In this document: positions 24,801-38,069 of the stretch, piece by piece
How the letters are laid out: each line of letters begins with the position of its first letter
Position numbering within the stretch: the first letter of the stretch is position 1
Assembly (NCBI GenBank): GCA_030265395.1
Contig: JARFYF010000119.1
Coordinates: 21,437,325-21,501,324, forward strand
DNA from: Rhina ancylostomus
Lineage: Eukaryota
Reading direction: 5' to 3'
Length of the DNA: 64,000 nucleotides
Program-made: the position numbers and the translations under genes
The notes under the pieces: model-generated
The model's input: only the letters and a program-made list of their open reading frames with translations
Told to the model about the DNA's origin: nothing
The model's database searches: none

Positions 24801-26685
24801 TGCAGCACATGCCCAAATTTGCAAATGCCTTTAAATATTCCACTGTGAGCAAAAATGAGCTTGACAAAAAATAAAATCAGACCATTGTTTCTATTTGTTA
24901 AAATGCATTTCAGTTAACAATCGATTTTTCTTAAGTAGGAAAATACACAGCTCAAGGAGTGTTCAAGTCTTCTGATGGCCAAAAGAAATGAATTCAGAGA
25001 CACAGGTGAGCCATACTGACATAACATGGAGCCAATGAACAAAACCTATTATATAATACTGCTTATATGTTGTGCTGTTCGACTCTTAGGTACAACTACT
25101 GATTTGAGAAAAGAAACTGTTCTCCTCAATGTGCCCATTTTCAGAAAAATAGAAATTGAGTTTTTGCACAGATTTATTTGCATGTCATTGAATGAAAAAT
25201 CTGTCATAAATCAGCAGCTTTAAGATAGGCGAGTTTCTTTTAATAAATTCTTTTCACAAATTTTCCTTGATTTATCTTTGTGCGGTTTTACCATTATAGC
25301 AGAAAACAGATTTAATGCAGCAAGTATGTATTGTTGATCAATTCACCACCTGCAAGGAAGCAGATTTTAAATTATTGAAAAGAATATTTTAAAAAATTGG
25401 GAATCATTTAGTAGTTCAATTGAAATACATTAAAAAGTAAAAATCATATTCAATATCCCATTTAATATTGTGACAGCTAAAACATTAGCTTGGTTTCTGG
25501 AGCCTCCTTAAAGGCTTCCAAATTAGCACAATTCATAGAAATTCCCAAATGTAATTAATTCACCCTGTGGTATGAACTGTTCTTTGGGTGGGGACAGCTT
25601 ATAACATGATTTTTAAAATATATATATATATACACACATGTTTACACCAAATGGAATAAGCTTTTACAGTCTGCCAATCTTTTGTGTAATTTATGCTAAT
25701 TTTGGGTTAATGGAGCTAAAAAAATAGCACAAATGATGCTAGTTTCACTTCTGAAAAGCTGGCTGATTCAGCAAGATTTAGCCACTTTGTGCACTGCTTC
25801 TGCAGAAGTTTGCCACACTTATGTGCTCAAAATTGTTAACAGTATATTTCTGACATTTGATGAAAATGCAGTTGGGTACTTTCACACTTTAAATTTCCAC
25901 AATCATTCACATGTGGAGGACATTATGCTTTTTAGTGCCTCTCAAACTTTGTTTATTTTTAGCTTTGGGGAAAGATGTGTTGCAATTCTGACAAATATGT
26001 CTATTAGTATTTTTTCCAGACTTTCATTACTTCTTATGCCCTCATTGACTTCTTGCACTCTTATTAAAGGTTGAAATCTTCCATTGCTTTTAGAGCTTAA
26101 GTATTAATCTAATGCTTCACATGGACATTTCTAGTTTGGAACTAGAGAAGGTTAAGTGGTTCACTGAGCTATTCCTCCATGATGAATTTGCCCTATCATG
26201 GAGTCAACATCGTTCACATTAACTTCCTCATCTATCAATCAAGTATGAGTGATTATTGCAGAAGAGTAAGCTTATTTAGAATCAGTCATATCTCTGTTCA
26301 TACTAACTTTTTGTTAAAATCTTGCAAAGGTTGTACATATTTTGCTCAGAAGTTCAGTTTGCAGTTCCAGAATTCAGAGCACTTGACTGCTGGATTCTAA
26401 TGAGGGATCCATTGCCGTCAGACTGTGGTTGGTTTGGAGATTGATTGCAGCAATCACTGAATCCAAGATAGTGTCATTATTGTTTTCCATTAAAGTAAAT
26501 GCTGAAGTTAAATTGCTTTATGAATATTTAACATGGATAAAATTGGTAACTGAGAACTTGTAGTGTAGGAGAAACATCCAGGAGCCTCAACTTTTTTTTT
26601 AATATATGCAATTATGAATACCCGTAACATTAATTTGACACTGTTGATCAAGCAAATTCATTGTCCATTATTACTATTATACAAA

Positions 26686-27180
26686 AAACAAAAGATAGCA
26701 GCTGCTGGAAATATGGAATAAAAACAGAAAAGGCTGGAAATACTCAACAACCAGGCAGAATTGGTAGAAAGAGAAAGAGGGTTAATGTTTCAGATTGAAG
26801 ACCCTACATCAGAACTGAGAAAACAGAAAGAAAAAGTTGTTTTTAAGATGTGGGGAAGGGTGGATAGGACTAAAAGAGGAATATTGCTGAAACTAGGATT
26901 CAGTTGATGAGTTAATGGCAGCAGTGAGAGAGAATCTAAACAAAGAAACATAACACCTATGAAATTTAAAAAAAACTCCAAATCAGGCCTCTGCTTATCA
27001 GAAATATTTCCTGTTCTATCCTTCCTTCCCCCACACACTTTGTATCTAAAAGCCTACTTTTCATACCCCTCTCCTTCCCAGTTTTTAAAGAGTCTTTAAC
27101 CTGAAATATTAACTGTTTCTCTTTCCACAGATGCTGTATGACTTGATGAGGGTTTTCTACATTTTCTGTATTATCTGTTT
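26686..27180. mobile_element. Non-autonomous Penelope-derived element made of two inverted terminal repeats
   Basis: 26686-26890 is the reverse complement of ~26997-27180, and each arm carries the hammerhead-like motif. Confidence 0.75.
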
Positions 27181-28550
27181 TTTATAAATCAAAAAGGGAA
27201 AAGCTTTTTGCTGTTACTCAAGCAAATATCCCTTATGAAATAATATTGTCAAATGATTTTAGCTATGGTGTCATTTGGCACTGTTATTATTTAGCCTCTT
27301 GATGAATAGGGATTTTCTCCAAGGTTCTAATGGTGCCACATGGAACAAAGACATGGCATACTCTATATCTAGATTTATGCATTTTTCAGTGTTTATCTTT
27401 TTAGCTCCTTAAATAATGTATTATGAATTGTCAGTTTTGTTCATTTTATTATGTGCATATAAATACTAGTTGGCTACTAATTATACTGAAATACAGATTA
27501 TTCTATTTTTGTTTCCACCCCAATACAAGCATGGCTTTTGGTCAAAAAGTGCTGAATAATCCATGGATCCTTGCATCTGGCTAAGTATGAAAGGAGGCAA
27601 AAATGAGCATTATTTAAAACTTTGCTCTGGTTGTGCCTGAGGAGTATGCAGAAATTCCAATCAAAATATTGAATTCAAATCTTGGAATTCAATTATAATG
27701 ACAGATATGGAGCAAGAATTATGCATCAAAATTATGATGAACACAAGGAATCAAAATGTTCTTCATCAAAATAGCAAAAATGGACAGTATCACACCAGTT
27801 ATAATCCCTACCAGATTTTCTTTCTTGCTTTATGCTATTAAATGGAGTTCACTTTCACCTCCAAAGAACTTTATACAGAGAAGCTGTTGTGATGATCCAA
27901 TCTATCAGTATTTTCCTTAAGAATCATAAATCTACCAAAAATAAATGAGAAGAATAATTTGCACTGAAGTAGCCCTTTGAAAAAGGGAAATCTGCAATGG
28001 GCACACTGCCATTTTGGATAGGAGGATAAAAATGCTAAATGCAGCAACATAGAACTAGCATCTTTAAATTAATTCTGCTTTAAAGTGTTCAGTACTTTTC
28101 TTTCCATAAAGGGGTTGCATTTTTACATTAAAAATGGCTGTTACAGATTAGTTTCTTCCTTTTTTCAAACAGTATGTTCACATAGAGCTGACACTACCTG
28201 AATTTTCAGTTAATTCATGAAGATACAGGTATACTAATAACTACAACATTTGTTGACAGAAATGTATCATTCTTCCTTCACCCCTGTTGGATTTAAAACA
28301 CATAACTCTCTACCTAGTAGCACTGCGGGTGTACCTTCACCAGCAGCGCAGAGGCGATGGCTCATCAACACATTATCAAGGCAGTCAAGGACAGACAGTA
28401 GATTCCAGACCTGCCAGTGATGCTTACCTCCCACAAGCAACCTACAAGTTTACCTGTGGAAAAATTGCACCCGAAAAAGGCATTTTAATGAAAAGAATGC
28501 TTATGGGTGTTCCAGAAACAAGAAGAGTCACGTGGTGGTAGGCAGATCGA

Positions 28551-28897
28551 TTTGGAATTAGTTTATTATTGTCACATGTACTGAGGTACAGTAGAAAACT
28601 TTGTTTTGCATGCCATTCATACAGATCATTACAACAGTGCATTGAGGTCGTGCAACGGAAAATAGGCAAAGTGTGCAGAATAAAGTGTTACAATTATAGA
28701 GAAAGTGCAGTGTAGGCAGACAATAAGATGCATGGCCATAACAAGTTAGATTGTGAGGTCAATAGTCCATCTTATTGTACTAGGGGACAGTTCAATAGTC
28801 AAAACAGTGGGATAGAAGCTGTCCTTGAGCCAGGTGGTACACGCTTTCAGGTTTTTTTATCTTCTGCACAGTGGGGAGGGGGATGGGGAGGAGAGAG
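28551..28897 (-). mobile_element. Rex1/Babar 3' end
   Basis: tttattattgtcacatgtactgaggtacagt...gatagaagctgtccttgagccaggtggtacacgctttcagg is the reverse complement of 5430-5735. Confidence 0.9.
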
Positions 28898-30202
28898 AAC
28901 TCAATTGTAATGACAGATATGAAGAGAGAGGATTTAAAGTTAATTTTGGATCTAAACTTTGAAGACAAACACCAAAGATGGTTCAGCAGCACAGGATGAA
29001 ATAAAGCATGATGCAAAGATCAAGAGGCATAAAGCCACCCCACAGGAATCTGCCATTGTACCACATTTGTAGATCCTAATGCAGCAACATAAGTTTGGAA
29101 TCTGCATTGCAGGCACTGGTTCAGCATGCAGGAAGTTTCAGATCTTTGCCATCTACTGCAGGAACACCATCAGCCAATTTAAACCATGGTGCTGTCAAGC
29201 TCAGCTCCTCCCATCTTTTTTGTGTCTGCCTTTTTTCCCAAGGATTCATATCCAATATGTATCATAGATGTACCAAAAAGGTGATTAATGGCTAAGTCAT
29301 CTTGACACTGAATAGAGAAGCCATTAGATACAGCACCTCAAAATCATCACGCCACTACAGTTTGGCTTATAAATCTTAGCTATAATTGTACTTTAATGGA
29401 AAATGCTTTCCTTAGAAACTGAATCATTCCTATACAGAAGTGCTATAGCCATGATGCACAGTTAATCTCTGTGCTCAAGCTGTTGCAGGTCAGACTTGGC
29501 ATTCAATGACCATAAATATGAAAATGTCTAAGTGAGTTTTGAGCTTGTGACATTGCCTTTTTACTCTCGATGTATTGATTCCAATCAATAGTATACACAT
29601 TCTTGCACTGATTGATGTCAGTGATCCAGCCCTTATTGATCACTCTTCACTACACCACACTGTATCCCTAAATGTTGAGGACAATGTGGTGGCAGAGAAA
29701 GATGGTATCACATCTTTGTGTCTGCCACCATAAAGTAGCTGGTCAGTCATTGGCCTAGTGAGGGTTGAACAGACTGAATTAGAAGTGCTCATCCTCACGT
29801 GGAGACATACCTGACACTGGCACAAATCACCAAAGAGACAAGGGAACTCATGTCCAGCTCCCTGGAGAGGTCAAATATCAATTCTAACTCTTTGATGGGT
29901 CTTTAATGGTGGGGCAACAGAAAAGAGGTGTGCACCTCAGTGTCAGGAATTGTGCCCACTCCTAGGGAAAGCCACTGATGTAACAAGTACCTGCATATAA
30001 AGAAGTTGAAGCCATCTATAGGTTCCATACCTCAGTGGGTTTTCAGATCACTCCAATCAGTGTTTTTCTTGCTGTTGCTTGGTAACAGCTTGTGATTTTG
30101 CAAGAGCCATGCCAGAGTTGCTGTCTGTTTTGGTATTGGTTTGTAGACATCAACAACAGCTGTACAACTTCAACTAATTGCATGCCTGATCCCAAGAAAG
30201 GG

Positions 30203-30463
30203 ATTAGGGATAAGATCTACTTGTATCTAGAAAAACAGACTTATTAGGGATAGTCAGCATGGCTTTGTGCAGGGGAGGTCATGTCTACCAAACTTGATTG
30301 AAATTTTTTTGAGGAGGTAACGAAGATGGTAGAATGGTGGATGTTATATACAGTACATGGACTTTAGTAAAGGCTTTTGACAAGGTCTTCCATGATACAC
30401 TGATCCAAAAGGTTAGGGCACATGAGATACAAGGAGATTTGCTGGATTGGATTCAAAATTGGA
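30203..30463 (+). mobile_element. CR1 RT internal fragment
   Basis: LIRDSQHGFVQGRSCLPNLIE..FEEVTK...VDVIY..DFSKAFDKVFH...WIQNW, with frameshifts. Confidence 0.9.
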
Positions 30464-33167
30464 TGTCAGCATTTCTCATCACTGGTTTTCAGGTACTGCA
30501 GATAATACTTATGGCTCATGGCAAAGTACTTCAGGCTCCAAGCCCTCAGCTAGTGACACTGCAGTCACCAGCAACATTCCAAAGCCAGGGACACCCACAG
30601 CAATAATTCAAGGGTGTTTGCANNNNNNNNNNNNNNNNNNNNNNNNNNNNNNNNNNNNNNNNNNNNNNNNNNNNNNNNNNNNNNNNNNNNNNNNNNNNNN
30701 NNNNNNNNNNNNNNNNNNNNNNCATACCGGCGCCGGGCTGGTCGGGCGATGTAGTAGTGATTGCCATGCTTATCTTGGTGGAGAATACGCTGGTTACAGT
30801 CATAAGTAAGGCTCTGCACAGTACATGAAAGGTCAACAAGCCACTGTGGTGCCCTCAGAAACTGGTACATTACATTATTAAACCTAAAAGGTTTCTGCTA
30901 AAAGATGTCAAGATCAAATACATGCACAGTAAATAAAAAGCTGGAAGAAATGTTAAAATACAGGGTGGGAAATGAAAACTCAAGGGCAAAGAAACAAAAA
31001 TTGTTAAATGGTTGCTTCCTCTTACTTTTTGAATGGGATCCCTCAAAAGACATGTGAACTCTAAGAAATAGAATGCTTTTTTCCTATGCACCTAAAAGTG
31101 GTCATTATGGATTTGACAAAGGGTCAACCTTCTGGTCCGATTGGTCTCACTTGGTCCCAATGCTAAAATTGTTGCAAAGAGTACTAATTTAAGTCTGAAA
31201 AATGCGCACATCTATAGAGTTTATGATAAAGAAATTCTGGTTCAGACAATCACAATCAATGCTTAACTATCACCTCTATCAAAAGGCAGCAGAAAGTAGT
31301 ATTTTTCTAAATGTTGCATAGAGTTCTCATTTACCTTATTACACAGGATCCCAAAAAAAAAAGAAAATCAGCAAATTTACTTTATAATTATATCTGGCAC
31401 AGAGAAGTGCAAATATGAGAGACCAATGTTTGTGGTAAACTGCATTGCAGAGTGAAACAGACCAGGCAGGGAACTAATGACTCATATATAGGAGAAAATA
31501 TTAAATAGCCTTCTTAAAACATATTTTGATGTTGTGCCTGCAGTAGGTTCATATTGCAATCTTCTTTTGCCATTGATACAATTCAGAAAAATGACTTAAT
31601 AATAACTACAGTCAGGTTTCTTCAGAGAATTTAATTAGCTGGCATGAATAATTTAGCAATGTGTGACATCATCAGAATTTTGTCAATAAATTAATTGATG
31701 TTGGCAATATAATTCTTTTTCAGTGCATATAAACATTCAAATACAACTTTCCCACAGGATTCTCAAATTGAGTACCACAAAAACAAAATGTGAGAACAAA
31801 ATCTACAGACGTATTAGGTTTCTACGTGATTTACCAAATGTTGCCAAAGTTCAAAGCAGAATTTGTGCTTTAGTTAACATGTTAAATCTATTGTTGCACA
31901 TGAGCTACAAAATATAGGAAATACTTTTCCCATCAGACTAGCAAGTTAAAGAATAAGTTACATGTGGTTATCAAAGATGCACATCAGTTAAGCATGTTTG
32001 GACAATTGAAATAAATCACTTGTGCACTCTTCCGAAGGTGTTTAAATACTGTTAGAGATGTGAGAGCTCTGATTTGTTATGCTACACAGAGCAGAAGGAC
32101 TTGAATTATGCTTACAGTTTCTCAGTTTGCAAATGCTTTACCATAATGCAGATTCTCAATTCAATACAGACTTGGCAAAGTCAGGTGCCAAGTATGCGAT
32201 CAATGATCAGTGCAATGGAATGTCTTCAGAAGAGAATAGATGGACTGATTCAGATAATATTTCGAGGAATAAATGGTGAGGGGTATGGCTTTGACGGCTG
32301 AAGGAGCAATTTAGGAAACAGAATGTTAATAAGTTGATTCCACACAACTCTGGCTGCAGGTCACCTCCTGATGGACAGATGAATCCACTGTTTTATCAGC
32401 TTCATTCATGTGCCTCTGTACTTCCCTCTGTCAGCCNNNNNNNNNNNNNNNNNNNNNNNNNNNNNNNNNNNNNNNNNNNNNNNNNNNNNNNNNNNNNNNN
32501 NNNNNNNNNNNNNNNNNNNNNNNNNNNNNNNNNNNNNNNNNNNNNNNNNNNNNNNNNNNNNNNNNNNNNNNNNNNNNNNNNNNNNNNNNNNNNNNNNNNN
32601 NNNNNNNNNNNNNNNNNNNNNNNNNNNNNNNNNNNNNNNNNNNNNNNNNNNNNNNNNNNNNNNNNNNNNNNNNNNNNNNNNNNNNNNNNNNNNNNNNNNN
32701 NNNNNNNNNNNNNNNNNNNNNNNNNNNNNNNNNNNNNNNNNNNNNNNNNNNNNNNNNNNNNNNNNNNNNNNNNNNNNNNNNNNNNNNNNNNNNNNNNNNN
32801 NNNNNNNNNNNNNNNNNNNNNNNNNNNNNNNNNNNNNNNNNNNNNNNNNNNNNNNNNNNNNNNNNNNNNNNNNNNNNNNNNNNNNNNNNNNNNNNNNNNN
32901 NNNNNNNNNNNNNNNNNNNNNNNNNNNNNNNNNNNNNNNNNNNNNNNNNNNNNNNNNNNNNNNNNNNNNNNNNNNNNNNNNNNNNNNNNNNNNNNNNNNN
33001 NNNNNNNNNNNNNNNNNNNNNNNNNNNNNNNNNNNNNNNNNNNNNNNNNNNNNNNNNNNNNNNNNNNNNNNNNNNNNNNNNNNNNNNNNNNNNNNNNNNN
33101 NNNNNNNNNNNNNNNNNNNNNNNNNNNNNNNNNNNNNNNNNNNNNNNNNNNNNNNNNNNNNNNNNNN

Positions 33168-33998
33168 CATGTCATTGATAGTGTGGGAGGGGGAGTTGAA
33201 GTGACTGGCAACGGGGAGATGCAGATCACTGTTATGGACAAGAGTGCAGGTGTTCTGTGAAAAGGGTCACCTAGTCTGTGTTTGGTTTCACCAATGTAGA
33301 GGAGGCCACACTCGGAGCACCGAATGCAGTAGATGATATTAAGGGAGGTGCAGGTGAATCTGTCTCACCTGAAAGAGCTGTTTGGGTCCCTGGATGGAGG
33401 TGGTGTAGGGGCAGGTGTTGCAATTATGGCAGGGACAGTGGAAAGTGGAAAGTTCCTGGGGTGGGAGCAGAATGGGTGGGTGGGGGAGGACTGAACTAGG
33501 GAGTTGCGGAGAGAGTGATCCCAGCAAAAGGCAGAAAAGGAGTGGGGAGAGGAAGATATGTTTGGTAGTGGGGTCCCGTTGGAGATGGGGCCCTATCTGT
33601 ATTGGGTCTGGGAGTGGTGGGAGTGAGAGTGGAGGTGTGGGGAAATGGCAGAGATGCAGGTGTGAACTCTCTTGACCGCAGTTGTGGGAAAGCCACAGTC
33701 AGAAAAGAAGTTGGACATCCCGGATGTCCTGGAATGGAAAGCCTCATCATGGAAGCAGATGCGGTGGAGGAGGAGAAATTGAGAAGAGATTGCATCCTTG
33801 CAAGAGACAGGGTGGGAGAGCTGCAATCAAGGTAGCTGTGGATGTCAGTGGGTTTGTAGAAGATGTCGGTGGATAATGAATCTCCTGAAATGGAGATGGA
33901 AAGATCAAGGAAGGAGAGAAAGGTATTAGAGAAAGTCCAAGTGAATTGGAGAGCAGGGTGAAAATTTGTAGTGAAATTTATGAAACTGTCAAGTTTTC
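33168..33998 (-). mobile_element. Penelope-like retroelement: RT C-terminus plus GIY-YIG endonuclease, pseudogenised
   Basis: Minus strand: FINFTTNFHPALQFTWT..FLDLSISISGDSLSTDIFYKPTDIHSYLD, SHPVSCKDAISSQFLLLHRIC, and IYCIRCSECGLLYIGETKHRLGD. It runs into the N gap. Confidence 0.92.
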
Positions 33999-35632
33999 AG
34001 GACAATGCCAGTTTTGCTCATCTCCTAGTGATCAGCCACCCTGTTAACTGTTGCTCCTTGTTAAATACAGTGGAATCCAGGGCATTCACAGGTTGTAAAA
34101 AAAAATCTGATTAGGAAGCAGGCACAAATCTGTGAGAGACTTTATTTGCCATCACAGATAAATTCATCATTAAATGCTTAGTGTTTTGCTGTCCCTTTTA
34201 AGAAAAACGATCTATTTGCAACATTAAGACTCAATTACACTGCCATCAGACAATTCTTAGCTCATTCAAAAATCAATGGATGAACAATGCCCACAAATGA
34301 AGAACCAAAGATGGACAAATTAGAGTCAAATTTCTGTACCATCAAATTATGCTGCAACAATTGGACTATATGAATTTTAATTATTGTTATTTTCAAATAA
34401 CAGCTTCCCAAATAGTAGTCATTATATAGAAATTTTGAGTTAAGTTCAGGTAATGTTATCACAATTAGTATTTAATCACAGATGCACTGAAAGACTGATT
34501 GTATTGGCCTGCAAAATGGAAACTACCCAAATCCCTGAAGAAAGAAACTACTTTTGTTCTTATGTCAGGTAGTTTTGCTGTGCAATCATTGTGAAGACAG
34601 TGTTAAAAACAAAATTTCTGACCATAATTGCTTCATAAGAACTGAAGAACAATGCAACATTGGAAATACCCTATTCATCAACAAGCTACTATGTCTGCCA
34701 TTAGTTCTGGTCTCATTGCACAACAGAGCTGAAGAATATGGGAATATGAGCTCATCAGGAGTGTAAATTGCAACAAATAAATGACCAAATTTATTGTTTG
34801 TATTGGATTCATAATGCTTACCAGATAATAAGCTAAATTTCACTCTATTTTGCACAAGACCCATGATACATCTTTACTACGGATGCAGAGCAAGAAGAGA
34901 ACAAGTAATAATTAGTATTTTGTAAATATTTTTGATTTCTCCCATGGCACAAGGATACATTTCCCAGATAAGGAGGAAGAACTCCAGCTATAATTCAGCA
35001 GTAGTACCCAAATCTAAATTTTCTATCTTCTCCCTGAGACTGTATGCTGTAGCAAGTTGCCAGATGATGGTGGGGAAGTGAAAGGTGAATGAGAAATAGA
35101 AGAGAGAGAACACCAGCCCAGTCCACCTCAAAATCACCAAGACTCCTACTGATTTTTTTCTCTCTAATCGATCAGCTAATGGCTATTTCTAAAGTCTTTT
35201 GTCTACCTTTCAAATCACTCAGGCAGTTTTCACCTTGGTCTTGAAATTCTGCAATAGCTATTTGGCAGGAGTGCTGGCACCAGAATTACCACTTAGCCCT
35301 GCAGAGAGCCATTACCTACCACAAATTTTGGGAAGGGTTTACTTGCATTGTTTGGATGGACTCTTTACACCTGATCCACCAGCTGTGGGACCTGGGCTTT
35401 CCTGAACATGAAAAAAAATCAAAATGTTGAAATCTTCAGCTTTCACAAAAGCCATTTTTGACAAAGAGCCTGGATATGAAGTTCTTTTGAATTTGAAGTT
35501 CTTTCACAGTGAAATTCCCAGCTAGTTGGAAATCTCCCCTAGTGATACCTCAATGTAATTGTGGTTGGGACACGAAGCTTTAGACCTACCCATAGTCTTT
35601 ACCAAAACAAGTGTCAAAGATCAGCTGGGTCT

Positions 35633-36060
35633 ACCAGGATGCTACCTGGATTAGAGGGTATGTAATAGGAGAGGTTGGACAAACTAGGGTTGGAGCAGCA
35701 GAAGCTGAGGGCAGACCTGAGAGAACTTTATAAAATTATGAGAGGCATAGAGTAGATAGTTGGTATCTTTTTCCTCGGGTCAAAATATCTAATATGAAAT
35801 ATCTAAGATGAAAGGGGGAAAAGTTCAAAAGGAGGTGAGTGGGGCAAGTTTTTTTTTAAACATAGGGAGTGGTGCTTGCCTGGAACGCACTGCTCGGTGT
35901 GATGATGGAGACATATACGATAGAGGCTCTTAGGTAGTCACATGAATATGCAGAGAATGGAGGGATATGGACCATGTGCGGAGAGGGAATTAAGTGTCTT
36001 TAGCTTTAGTTTGACACAAAGTTGTAGGCCAAAGGGCCTGTTCCTGTACTATATTCTATG
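35633..36060 (+). mobile_element. CR1 3' fragment
   Basis: RMLPGLEG...LRADLRELYKIMRG, WNAL, and tail aagggcctgttcctgtactatattctatg. Confidence 0.88.
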
Positions 36061-37415
36061 GGTTGCTTTCAGAATTACACCTGCAGATGGTTAGTTGGTT
36101 CATTTCCCACCCTTATAGACACCCAGAATTTCAAGGGGGTGTAGGGGAGATAAAAGGGACTTNNNNNNNNNNGGGGGGGGGGGGGGGAAGGTGAAGGGCA
36201 TCTCTGGGGAGCTTGATTTCAGTCCAATCTGGTCATTTACAAAATTATTGGGCAAGGAGATAATAAGGCAGTCTCAGAAGGCTATGCAAAGGAATGCATT
36301 TCCAAAGTAGTAACATATTAAAAAAAATATTGAAAATCTAAATCTAAGCAATCTAATTGATACAGAAGTATTTTCCAAAGCAGCATTTTTCACAAAATTA
36401 GAAAATTATATTTGATAACATGAATTTAATATACATAGCACCCTTTTGAAAGCAAAAGAATTTCTGAATAGCAAATGAATGGCATACTTATGCTATTTGC
36501 AAATATAAAATAGCAGATTTCATTCAAATAACTTTACAATCACTGATGGATTCACTGGGGAAAAAACATATTTCTGTAGATTGCTGTCTCATACAAACTC
36601 TGGAATGACCCAAATTTGTTCAGTAACAATGCATAGATTTATATTCCACATTTAGCAAATAATTTTCATTCTCTGCATTACACATTGATACCATTAAGTT
36701 GATAAGCACTTACCCATACAGGGCACACAGAGGCCTCTTGGTACCAGATTTGGGTCTATAAGGCTTGGGTTCACCTGCCATATTGATATCTGAAAGAAAG
36801 GACACTAATGACATCTTAATGACTTGATAGATTTACATTGCTTGTCACAAAATATTATATGTTACATTTCTTATACCATCAAGTTTAGAATTTAAGTGTG
36901 CAAAAAAGTACCAAATACCAAGAGTAATTGTACTCATACAACTGCAGCAAAGCCATAGGATAGCTAATCTGTACCCCCAAACGGTGAGCCTCCAGGTGCC
37001 ACTGTATTTGGTTTTGGTTGATTCACACTTAGAGAAGTTTCCAAGGCAGGTCACTTCCCACTTTGTCTTCAACAAGAGTCAATTAAGTTGATATTTAGTC
37101 TTTGTGACTCAGTGATTTATCTTCTTTCAGTGTTTCCATTCTACAGACAGCTTTTATGACAAGAACTATGATTTGGCTGTGCACTGGTAGTGATACTTCC
37201 TTCTGTGTATGTTATAAAAGATACACATTTACATATTTTATGGTCCTGATTAACAACTTTTACATTAATCTTCTAAAAGCTAAATGTAAGAACATCAAGC
37301 TCCAGGTTCTAATCANNNNNNNNNNNNNNNNNNNNNNNNNNNNNNNNNNNNNNNNNNNNNNNNNNNNNNNNNNNNNNNNNNNNNNNNNNNNNNNNNNNNN
37401 NNNNNNNNNNNNNNN

Positions 37416-37970
37416 CAGCTATATAGGACCCTGGTCAGACCCCACTTGGAGTACTGTGCTCAGTTCTGGTCGCCTCACTACAGGAAGGATGTTGAAGCCA
37501 TAGAAAGGGTGCAGAGAAGATTTACAAGGATGCTGCCAGGATTGGGGATCATGCCTTATGAAAACAGGTTGAGGGAACTTAGCCTTTTCTCTTTGGAGCA
37601 ATGGAAGATGAGGGGGAACCTGTTAGGAGGTATATAAGCTGATGAGAGGCATTGATTGTGTGGATAGTCAGAGGCTTTTTCCCAGGGCTGTAATAGTTTG
37701 CACAAGAGAACATAGGTTTAAGGTGTTGGGGAGTAGGTATAGAGGAGATGTCAGGGGCAAGTTTTTTTATTCAGAGAGTGGTGAGTGCATGGAATGGGCT
37801 GCCGGCAACAGTGGTGGAGGTGGATACGATAGGGTCTTTTAAGAGACATGGAGCTGAGAAATAGAGGGCGATGTGTAAGCCTAGTAATTTCTAATGTAGG
37901 GACACATTCAGCACAGCTTTGTGGGCTGAAGGGCCTGTATTGTGCTGTAGGTTTTCTATGTTTCTATGTT
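37416..37970 (+). mobile_element. Relatively young CR1 3' end
   Basis: QLYRTLVRPHLEYCAQFWSPHYRKDVEAIERVQRRFTRMLPGL..., ending in gggcctgtattgtgctgtagg plus the CR1 terminal octamer (TTCTATGT)x2. Confidence 0.95.
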
Positions 37971-38069
37971 GCTAATTACTTTAGGTTATTCACAGTTCCA
38001 TAGTGCACAAAAAATGCACCATTTGCTAATCAAGTTATCACAATGAAACAATTAAAACCTGGGAAATGA

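Noticed and set aside
30723-30765. Short GC/CpG-rich stretch after a gap
   Set aside because: About 40 bp at a contig edge, too short to interpret and possibly low-quality sequence.
32334-33260. Long ORFs of 254-308 aa in the ORF track (similar ones at 14348-14813 and 15742-16206)
   Set aside because: Composed mostly of X residues from N runs.
36163-36188. Poly-G tract as a G-quadruplex candidate (also 6421-6438)
   Set aside because: Simple homopolymer, in one case adjacent to Ns, so its length is unreliable.
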